64,000 nucleotides of DNA from an uncultured Candidatus Saccharibacteria bacterium (GTDB taxonomy: Bacteria > Patescibacteriota > Doudnabacteria > UBA920), in assembly GCA_964612745.1 (NCBI GenBank), contig CAZTCH010000003.1:61931-125930 (forward strand), given 5' to 3'. The notes beneath the pieces were generated by a model. The model searched no databases, was not told where the DNA came from, and saw only the letters and a list, made by a program, of their open reading frames with translations. Shown in pieces: positions 57,391-64,000 of this stretch. Positions within the stretch are counted from its first letter, which is position 1. Each line of letters begins with the position of its first letter. The position numbers were made by a program, and so were the translations under genes.

Positions 57391-58264
57391 ATAGTGTACC
57401 AGCTGGGCGCTGCTTCGTCCAAGCCTCCAGCTTGTAGTGTACGAGCCCAAATACGAGCCCAGCAGTGCCGGTATATATCCGTTTTATTCGCTTTGGTTCG
57501 GTAATGAGGCGGAACAACCACTCCAGTCCGAGTTTGCGCAAGAAGCGTGGTGGAGTCTTTTTTCTACCAACCATGTATTCAAATGTACCACCCAGTCCAA
57601 TAGCCACATCTACCCCCAACTCTTGCCAATAACGCATCATGAACGCTTCTTGCTTTTGTGGGCCAAGTGCGAGAAACAGAAACGAAGTGTTGCTGGTACG
57701 GATTTGTGCTGCAAGTGCTTGAGCCTCTGCGCTTTCGATATCGGCAATACGCACGTTGGAAGTTCCGGCAATGTGTAGCTTGGGGTAGAGTTCTTTTAAC
57801 ACTGTCGCAGCTTGGCTTGGTACTTCCCCAAAGCCGCCGGCAATGAACACTGACTTACCGAGTCGTTCTGCGAGCTCACAAAGGTCGTAGACAAACTCTG
57901 ACCCCCGGATTGTTTCGGGGATGTGCCCGTGTACCGACGCTCTGTTGGACATAATGCCTAAGCCAGTTTTGACGACTTGTGCCCAGATAGTACAGTACGC
58001 TACGAAATGGTTTTGTGTTTGTACAGGTACGCGCAAAAATGTATCTGCCCACGCAATGGCAACGCCATCTGCTAAAGACAAGTCCGCAGAATTGAGGAGT
58101 GCTAAAAATAGTTGGTCAGACAGTGCTCGGGCTAAAAATTCTGAGTACGGTGTGACGATGCGAGTCTTTTCTCCGTGGGTAATCCGCTGTTCCAGTTCGG
58201 CGAGCACTTCGCTCGTGGTGGCGGTAGTAATGCGCAGGCCAGCAACGGTGGTTGAATGTAGCAT
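57389..58264 (-). CDS. WecB/TagA/CpsF-family glycosyltransferase (TagA/WecG-like).
   Basis: C-terminus …VAIGLGGTFEYMVGRKKTPPRFLRKLGLEWLFRLITEPKRIKRI matches the conserved TagA/WecG C-terminus (GxEWxxRLxxEPxRxxRY). Confidence 0.7.
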   Translation of the reverse strand: MLHSTTVAGLRITTATTSEVLAELEQRITHGEKTRIVTPYSEFLARALSDQLFLALLNSADLSLADGVAIAWADTFLRVPVQTQNHFVAYCTIWAQVVKTGLGIMSNRASVHGHIPETIRGSEFVYDLCELAERLGKSVFIAGGFGEVPSQAATVLKELYPKLHIAGTSNVRIADIESAEAQALAAQIRTSNTSFLFLALGPQKQEAFMMRYWQELGVDVAIGLGGTFEYMVGRKKTPPRFLRKLGLEWLFRLITEPKRIKRIYTGTAGLVFGLVHYKLEAWTKQRPAGTL

Positions 58265-58269
58265 GTAAA

Positions 58270-59127
58270 TTATTCTACGCAAGCATTAAACTGTTTAACA
58301 CCAGCGTTGTACAAGTTAATAAATCCTTTGGTCTCCCCGATCTTGGCATTAATCCGAGCCGCTTGAGAGTTATATTCCGAGACGAGTGCATTGTAGCCTT
58401 CGCTGTCCCCTGCTGCTTTCAGTTCTGCCATGTGTGCAGTTAGGTTTTCTAACTCTGCTTGGGCAATGCGAATCTGACTTTCGTTGGTGGAAATCTGACT
58501 TCGCAAAGATTCGTCTGGGCTTGGACAGTCCGAAAGTGGTTTACCAAATTCTTGCACGGCCATCCAGACCATCCGATTTTTATACAATCCTTTTTCTACT
58601 GCAATGCCAATTTCGGTGTACTTGGGGTGCAAGATATTTTCTCTGTGTCCTTTGCTGTTCATCCAACCAGTGACTAAATCTGCGTTGTTGGCAAAGTCAC
58701 CTTCTGCCAAGTTCTCCCCTACTATGACGTACTCGTACCCTGCAGCGCTGACGACATCTGCTGGTGCTTTGCCGTCTGGGGACACGTGCTCAAAGTATTG
58801 TTGCTTGAGCATGTCGGCAAGTTTCGCTGCTGCTGCTTTGCGCAGCTTGCTGTTTTCTTTGAGTGGCTGTAAACCTTGCGCCGCACGTTCTTTGTTGGTG
58901 AGTTCGAGTACACCAGTCGCAGTCAGTCTCGACTCGGGAGTTGCGCCAAGGGCGGCGTTGGTTCGTTCTAGTGGAGTAGCGTAGTTTTGCTGCTTCGGTA
59001 GTTTTGACTCAATGCTTTCTAAGAAGGCGCCCAACTCCTGTTCTGTCGGAGCGTGGAGTACGCGACCAAAAAGCAGCCCACCAAGGCTTAGTAGTACTGC
59101 TATTATGATTACTCCTTTGTACCTCAT
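58270..59127 (-). CDS. CAP/SCP/PR-1 (YkwD-like) domain protein with a C-terminal coiled-coil.
   Basis: N-terminal TM or signal, CAP motifs (ELTNKERAAQGLQPL … GYEYVIVGENLA … GHRENIL … YTEIGIAV), then a helical C-terminal region. The start coordinate is ±1 nt; I saw a possible 1-nt discrepancy near 59160 when counting by eye. Confidence 0.65.
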   Translation of the reverse strand: MRYKGVIIIAVLLSLGGLLFGRVLHAPTEQELGAFLESIESKLPKQQNYATPLERTNAALGATPESRLTATGVLELTNKERAAQGLQPLKENSKLRKAAAAKLADMLKQQYFEHVSPDGKAPADVVSAAGYEYVIVGENLAEGDFANNADLVTGWMNSKGHRENILHPKYTEIGIAVEKGLYKNRMVWMAVQEFGKPLSDCPSPDESLRSQISTNESQIRIAQAELENLTAHMAELKAAGDSEGYNALVSEYNSQAARINAKIGETKGFINLYNAGVKQFNACVE

Positions 59128-59328
59128 GGCAAAATCTGTATGTACGATAATGCTAGTAGTATAGCAAAATATGACCATTTGTGGGTGGTGTAAATAGTGG
59201 CTTCCCACTATCCCAGAGTCCCTAGTTCGTCATTGACGGTGTTGGCTGGCATGCTGCAAAATAGTAATAGCTGGGCCATCTCCCAATTCAGGGCGTGGTA
59301 ACAGCTATCTTTTCCGAGGAGGACATTT

Positions 59329-59496
59329 ATGGAATATCTGATTCCTGCAGCCGTGCTTATCGCTGGTGCGCTTTTTACTCTAAAAGGTACCGTACCCTCC
59401 CCTACGGGGGTAGGTCCTAAAGCAAACCGTAATCTGTGGACAGGGGTTGCACTTATTGTCCTTGCAGTAGTGTTAGTAATAGCCATTTCTGCTTGA
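59329..59496 (+). CDS. Unannotated 55-aa 2-TM membrane protein (MEYLIPAAVLIAGALFTLKG…VALIVLAVVLVIAISA).
   Basis: ATG preceded by GAGGAGGA 8 nt upstream. Two clear hydrophobic helices. It is antisense to the low-quality track ORF 59208..59516. Confidence 0.45.
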   Translation: MEYLIPAAVLIAGALFTLKGTVPSPTGVGPKANRNLWTGVALIVLAVVLVIAISA

Positions 59497-59651
59497 TAGG
59501 TGCACAAATCTTGCATTATTTGTCTCGTACCACCCCAGAAGTAATGATGGTACGAGACTTCTTTATTTAGTACTCAGAAAAACCAAAAATTGCTATACTT
59601 TACCTACGTATCCCATATACGCGCCTGTGGTGGCTTAACTCAAAAATTGCT

Positions 59652-59939
59652 ATGTTTGACACAAACCGACTGGAAGAACTGAAAAGTAGAGGGCAGAAGC
59701 ATAAACAGTATCTGCACTCCCCTTCCCACCTCTTGGCAGACGAGTTAGTGAATTGGTTTAACGACAAAAAGCACTTTGGCTTTTACTTGAAGCTCGCCGA
59801 AACCCACAACCACGATATGTTGCGCAAGATTGCCCAAGAAGTATTCGAGCAAAAGAATGTAAAAGCCCCTGCTCGCTTGTTTGTCTTCTTAGTCAAAAAA
59901 GCCACAACTCCGCAGCCACCCGCGCCAGCGGAATCATAA
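59652..59939 (+). CDS. Hypothetical protein.
   Basis: 95-aa ORF with no recognised motif and a Pro-rich C-terminus. Confidence 0.3.
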   Translation: MFDTNRLEELKSRGQKHKQYLHSPSHLLADELVNWFNDKKHFGFYLKLAETHNHDMLRKIAQEVFEQKNVKAPARLFVFLVKKATTPQPPAPAES

Positions 59940-60043
59940 ACACATTTAAACATTTAAACATACAAACATGTAAGCATATAAACATCAGAATGAGTGGTAT
60001 CCCTTGTTTATATGTTTCAATGCTTACATGCTTCTTGATTTCC

Positions 60044-60532
60044 ATGGTATTGCCTATTGTAAAACTCCCGTCCGAAGTACTTCGCAGACCTGTAGAAGAC
60101 ATAACCTTTCCTTTGTCCAAAGACGTTCGCAGACTTATCCGCGACATGTTGGACACTGTGGTCAAAGCAGACGGTATTGGTCTTGCTGCACCGCAAGTTG
60201 GTCGCAACTTAAACATGGCGATTGTCTTTTTGCAAAGTGCGGACATCGCGCCGTTCGTCATTATTAACCCTAAAATAGTTGCAACGTCTTCTGAACCACA
60301 CACTATAGAAGAAGGGTGTTTGTCTCTCCCAGGGGTGTTTGGCATGGTGGAGCGTCCAAAAAAAGTGACCGTAGAGTTTTATGATCTGGAAGGCAACAAA
60401 CAAACCGTGGACGACGATGGTTGGATTGCTCGTGTCTGCCAGCACGAAATTGACCACTTACTGGGCACGCTTATTATAGACAAAATGGATTCGGTGACCC
60501 AAGGTAGCGAACTACTCCCTCTGTACCAATAA
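60044..60532 (+). CDS. def: Peptide deformylase.
   Basis: Motifs GIGLAAPQVG, EGCLSLPG and QHEIDHL. Start moved to MVLPIVKLP (60044). Confidence 0.85.
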   Translation: MVLPIVKLPSEVLRRPVEDITFPLSKDVRRLIRDMLDTVVKADGIGLAAPQVGRNLNMAIVFLQSADIAPFVIINPKIVATSSEPHTIEEGCLSLPGVFGMVERPKKVTVEFYDLEGNKQTVDDDGWIARVCQHEIDHLLGTLIIDKMDSVTQGSELLPLYQ

Positions 60533-60605
60533 GCCTTATGCATTTATCCGTAGGCATCTGTAGATTCGTAGTATTATCCGTAGGTATCCGTAGATCCGTA
60601 GCTAT
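60533..60605. repeat. Tandem ~9-bp repeats (TATCCGTAG-like, ~6 units).
   Basis: tatccgtaggcatctgtagattcgtagtattatccgtaggtatccgtagatccgtag, immediately upstream of the first exonuclease gene. Confidence 0.6.
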
Positions 60606-60608
60606 ATC

Positions 60609-61145
60609 ATGAAGTTTATCAAAGACATCTTACTCTTCGACATAGAAACCAGCGGACCAGACACAGACAAAGATGTGGTGGTCCAGTTTAGTGCGGTGCT
60701 GTTGGACAAAGACAACCTGCTCGAAAAAGGGGCATACCACACGTACATAAAAAACAGTATGTTGCAGCAGGTGTTAAAGGAGCAAGCAATTGGAGCGCAC
60801 GCCAACATCGAACAAGTCCAAGGTGGGAAAAAACCACTCGACTTTGTGCGTGAACTGCCACTGGTGTTCCCTACTCCGGTGACGCTCGCTTCTGCTGGCT
60901 TGAGCCGCGTCTTTTTCTTGAAAGGGGTATTCCGCAAACAAGCAGTTACATTCCCGTTCGAAATGAATATTTTAGATTTGTGGACGGTGTACTACATATA
61001 CGGCGTCCGCGCTGGTTTGAAAAAAATCCCTACCCTGCACACACTGGCAGAACAACTACACATGCGCATTCAAAACCCGTACGACGCCAACGAACGAGTC
61101 CGTCTGCACGCGGCATTTTTCCGGCATTTAATTAAAGAACTCTAA
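60609..61145 (+). CDS. DnaQ-like (DEDD) exonuclease paralog with degenerate motifs II/III; possibly inactive.
   Basis: Exo I motif LLFDIETSG is present, but no clear Exo II (N..FD) or Exo III (HxAxxD) motif. Confidence 0.5.
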   Translation: MKFIKDILLFDIETSGPDTDKDVVVQFSAVLLDKDNLLEKGAYHTYIKNSMLQQVLKEQAIGAHANIEQVQGGKKPLDFVRELPLVFPTPVTLASAGLSRVFFLKGVFRKQAVTFPFEMNILDLWTVYYIYGVRAGLKKIPTLHTLAEQLHMRIQNPYDANERVRLHAAFFRHLIKEL

Positions 61146-61149
61146 GCTT

Positions 61150-61716
61150 ATGTTTTCCCGAGATTTAGTAGTAATGGATATTGAGTCTACCGGACTCGAT
61201 GTGCGCAAAAACGAAGTGCTGCAAATTGCCGCGATACGGCTAGACAAAAATACCCTCCAAGAAGTGGCGCGCTTTTCGACATACGTCAGGCCAACAAACT
61301 GGGAGAACCAAGACCCAAAAGCTATGGCGGTCAATGGTATCCCCCACGAGTTAGTGAAGACTGCGCCAACGGTAACCGAAGTACTGGAGCAGTTCGAAGC
61401 TGCATTCCCTGCGAATGAAGTTTTGCTCGCTGCGTACAACGCGTGGTTCGATATGACTTTTTTCAAGCAGATGTACATGAAAACAGAACGGGTGAATCCG
61501 TACGACTTTCATTGTTTCGACATATGGGGACTTGCTTACATGTTCTGGTCCAAAGAAGTGCGGACACCAAACCCAAAACAACCAATTGGGTTTAACTTGG
61601 CAGATATGGCAGCGCTCTTGGAAGTGCCAACTCCAGAAGGGGGTAAATTTCACGACGCGCTGGTAGACACAGAAGTCACTGTGGAAATTTTACGCAGACT
61701 TGTAATAAAACTATAA
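61150..61716 (+). CDS. DEDDh 3'-5' exonuclease (DnaQ/RNase T/oligoribonuclease-like).
   Basis: Exo I VVMDIESTGLD, Exo II AYNAWFDMTF and Exo III FHDALVDTEVT are all present. Confidence 0.75.
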   Translation: MFSRDLVVMDIESTGLDVRKNEVLQIAAIRLDKNTLQEVARFSTYVRPTNWENQDPKAMAVNGIPHELVKTAPTVTEVLEQFEAAFPANEVLLAAYNAWFDMTFFKQMYMKTERVNPYDFHCFDIWGLAYMFWSKEVRTPNPKQPIGFNLADMAALLEVPTPEGGKFHDALVDTEVTVEILRRLVIKL

Positions 61717-61720
61717 CCCT

Positions 61721-62722
61721 ATGAAAATAGTTTTCTTTGGTACAGACAGTTTAGCAGCGGAGTCTCTACAGGCTTTGTGTGCCAAGTTTTCTGTGGTCGC
61801 TGTAGTAACGGTGCCAGACGCACCAGTTGGACGAAAGCAAGTACTTACCGAAAGCGAAGTTGCTGTTGCAGCACGCACTCTTGGATTGCCAGTGCACAAA
61901 CCAGAAAGCTTAAAGCAAAATGCAGAGCTAGAAGCGACACTACGTGAGCTTGCTGCAGACGTGTTTGTGGTGGCAGTCTACGGCAAAATTATTCCACAAA
62001 GTATTTTAGACATTCCCCCACTGGGCTCTGTAAACGTGCACCCTTCACTCTTACCACTCTACCGCGGTCCTGCACCAATCCGCACCCCACTGCGAAACGG
62101 CGACACCGAAACAGGTGTAAGCATAATGCTCATGGACGAACAGGTAGACCACGGACCACTGCTTGCTGCAGAAAAAGTGGCAATTGCACCAGACGACACC
62201 AACGTCACACTCACCGCAAAGCTTTCTGCTATTGCAGCGCCTTTGCTCGTACGCGCACTCGAAGGCTATGTTGCTGGTACAATTACCCCTACTGCCCAAG
62301 ACCACGAAAAAGCCACAACGACTAAGTTCGTGACCAAAGCAGATGGGAAAATTGACTGGAACAACACCGCACAAGACATATACAACCAATACCGCGCCTG
62401 CCAACCATGGCCCGGCATTTACACCACCTTGCCCGCCATAGCTTCAGCGAAGGATGGGCGGAACTCCAAACTCCTCAAGATCACCTCCTGCAGCATTTAT
62501 TCCGATTCCTCCCCTATCTTAGGGGAGGTTAGGAGGGGTGAAACTACACCTGGCACTGTTCTTCCTGATGGTATTGTTTCCTGCGGCCCACAAACACTAA
62601 ACGGAGTCGAAGCCCCCACCTACCTCCAAATCCTCACCCTCCAACCCGAAGGCAAACAACCCATGGACATAAAATCCTTTTTGAATGGGAATAAAGAGTT
62701 TGTAGGTGGTGTTGTAGGCTAA
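61721..62722 (+). CDS. fmt: Methionyl-tRNA formyltransferase.
   Basis: MKIVFFGTD… N-terminus and the formyltransferase motif NVHPSLLPLYRG. The C-terminal domain is present. Confidence 0.9.
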   Translation: MKIVFFGTDSLAAESLQALCAKFSVVAVVTVPDAPVGRKQVLTESEVAVAARTLGLPVHKPESLKQNAELEATLRELAADVFVVAVYGKIIPQSILDIPPLGSVNVHPSLLPLYRGPAPIRTPLRNGDTETGVSIMLMDEQVDHGPLLAAEKVAIAPDDTNVTLTAKLSAIAAPLLVRALEGYVAGTITPTAQDHEKATTTKFVTKADGKIDWNNTAQDIYNQYRACQPWPGIYTTLPAIASAKDGRNSKLLKITSCSIYSDSSPILGEVRRGETTPGTVLPDGIVSCGPQTLNGVEAPTYLQILTLQPEGKQPMDIKSFLNGNKEFVGGVVG

Positions 62723-62745
62723 TTATTTTGATATAATATAAAAAC

Positions 62746-63099
62746 ATGAATACTAAAATTTCTAGGATAAGTACGGGCCCCTATGAACTTGTCGAGTCCG
62801 GTACGGTACAAGTTCTGTCGAAAGAAATAACTACGATTTTTTTTGATACCATCTCAATCAAATTTGAATTTGAATCTGATGACAAAAGTACAGAATCAGT
62901 CATAAGAGTGGATACAACAGGGACTAACACAATCAAATTTATACTAGTTAATATTAATAACCCCACGTATGGGACAACTGATTTTGTTCAGTTTGCTAAA
63001 ATAGATGGTGCAAATGTTTACATATCCTTTAGAGTAAATAGTCTCAATGATAAAAATGTACGGTCGATAGAGTATTCTATATTCAATAAAAATGTCTAA
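62746..63099 (+). CDS. Hypothetical protein.
   Basis: 117-aa ORF, Asn/Ile-rich, no motif recognised. Confidence 0.3.
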   Translation: MNTKISRISTGPYELVESGTVQVLSKEITTIFFDTISIKFEFESDDKSTESVIRVDTTGTNTIKFILVNINNPTYGTTDFVQFAKIDGANVYISFRVNSLNDKNVRSIEYSIFNKNV

Positions 63100-63349
63100 C
63101 ATAGAAATTGCAAGAGAAAAAATAACAGGTTCGGACGACTCTGTTCCTAAGGCGCAAGAAAAAGTGCGGGGTTATTTAGCGGTGGGTCTTTTAAGTCTAT
63201 TTGGACTCGTGCTGCTCATTTCACTTTTTTATACATTATTTTTTGACATAACACCCGAAAAGAATGATTTGATAAAGTATTTATTCTCAGGACTTGTTGG
63301 CATGTTGGGTGTCGTAATAGGTTTTTATTATGGGCAAAATTCTAAATGA
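63092..63349 (+). CDS. Hypothetical small 2-TM membrane protein.
   Basis: 85 aa with two hydrophobic helices. Overlaps the preceding stop. Confidence 0.3.
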   Translation: MSNIEIAREKITGSDDSVPKAQEKVRGYLAVGLLSLFGLVLLISLFYTLFFDITPEKNDLIKYLFSGLVGMLGVVIGFYYGQNSK

Positions 63350-63416
63350 TATCAAAGCGCAAGAAAAATACGAAATAGCCCATTAAGGCTATTTTTTTGT
63401 TTACTTGTGTCCGGAC

Positions 63417-63986
63417 TTATCCTACCTGCCTTATCCAGTCCCTAGCAATACTTTGAATTCTTTCAACTTCAATCTCAGGGAGTGTGGATGTGTGCATTAT
63501 TATATTTCGTGACAATTCTAAGTCGTTCAGCCTTGAAGAAACCCAATGTTGATCAGGGAACAAGTCAGAGAAGTCTTCCCAGTCGTTGATTATAATTTGA
63601 GCTAAATTGCCAAAAAGCGTGTAGCCGACCATGTGAGATGAACGGGCGACGTGGTATTTATTTTTTTCTTCTCTCTGCTTTAAGTTCTCTGCTGCAGTCT
63701 TAATCTTTCCGCTAACACACTCTTTTATGTCCCACCACCCAGCTCCGTACCTTTCAGACAGCCGATCTGAAATTAATTCTCTCACTGAATTTTCTAGGCA
63801 GTAGAAAATAGCGTAAACTGATGCCATTTTTTCAGCATCGTGAATAAGTATTGGACTGAAATCATTTTCTTGTATTTTAGCTACGGGACTTACAGGTGCT
63901 CTTATGCCAATACCTCGATTCTCTAAATCTCGTAGGTCTTCCTGAGCCAAAATCCCGTTGAAAACAAATTTCTTTAATTTTGACAA
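63417..63986 (-). CDS. HEPN-domain protein (Swt1-like Rx4H motif), putative RNase.
   Basis: C-terminal LELSRNIIMHTSTL contains an R-x4-H HEPN motif with upstream conserved Trp/Glu. Soluble, 189 aa. Confidence 0.4.
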   Translation of the reverse strand: MSKLKKFVFNGILAQEDLRDLENRGIGIRAPVSPVAKIQENDFSPILIHDAEKMASVYAIFYCLENSVRELISDRLSERYGAGWWDIKECVSGKIKTAAENLKQREEKNKYHVARSSHMVGYTLFGNLAQIIINDWEDFSDLFPDQHWVSSRLNDLELSRNIIMHTSTLPEIEVERIQSIARDWIRQVG

Positions 63987-64000
63987 TCCTGGATTTCTCA

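Noticed and set aside
59208-59516. 102-aa minus-strand ORF.
   Set aside because: It has no RBS and an odd composition, and it overlaps a plus-strand small ORF with a strong SD and clear TM helices. The plus-strand gene is preferred.

Overview
This 64-kb window is densely coding on both strands and comes from a small-genome bacterium. By inference it resembles CPR/Patescibacteria or another reduced Gram-positive-like lineage. The main clues are the absent atpH, the tRNA-binding domain split out of pheT, an HRDC-XseA fusion, many secreted or membrane-anchored wall hydrolases, and 7-10-bp tandem repeats in many spacers.

Housekeeping backbone, in order:
- secD (3' part) and secF.
- A sigma-70 region-4 HTH protein.
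- A membrane protein plus a VirD4/TraG-like P-loop ATPase.
- trxA on the minus strand.
- tRNA-Met(CAT, initiator-like), tRNA-Met/Ile2(CAT) and tRNA-Asp(GTC).
- An F1Fo ATP synthase operon, atpI-like-B-E-F-A-G-D-C, with no delta gene.
- rmuC, alkA-like, an M16 peptidase (minus), and HRDC-xseA with xseB.
- An EVE-domain protein.
- A stand-alone tRNA-binding-domain gene followed by pheS and pheT.
- gyrB, then secE-nusG-rplK, a 3-gene insertion, then rplA.
- Two nucleotide-kinase-like genes and prfB.
- Two lycopene-cyclase-domain membrane proteins.
- ftsE-ftsX, rplI, pyrG, rpmA (minus), and a THUMP/m2G methyltransferase (minus).
- gltX, a tagA/wecG-like glycosyltransferase and a CAP-domain protein (all minus).
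- def, two DEDD exonuclease paralogs, and fmt.

Accessory or unusual regions:
- A nuclease island: a 5-TM protein, then NYN, PIN and DUF559 genes, bracketed by CCTCTCC/GGAGAGG hairpin repeats, next to a UvrD-helicase/RecB-nuclease fusion.
- A gene flanked by two copies of a 34-bp perfect palindrome.
- Roughly 70-bp inverted repeats flanking the rpmA-methyltransferase segment.
- An HNH-repeat protein fused to a Vsr/DUF559-like nuclease.
- A cell-wall hydrolase cluster of M15, SLT and M23 proteins. The M15 and SLT paralogs share a 347-bp identical 5' module that encodes a signal peptide plus TM hairpin.
- A HEPN (Rx4H) gene at the window edge.
- Several interspersed intergenic repeat families.

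No rRNA, CRISPR array, transposase or integrase was recognised. All functional calls come from motif recognition by eye, with no database search.
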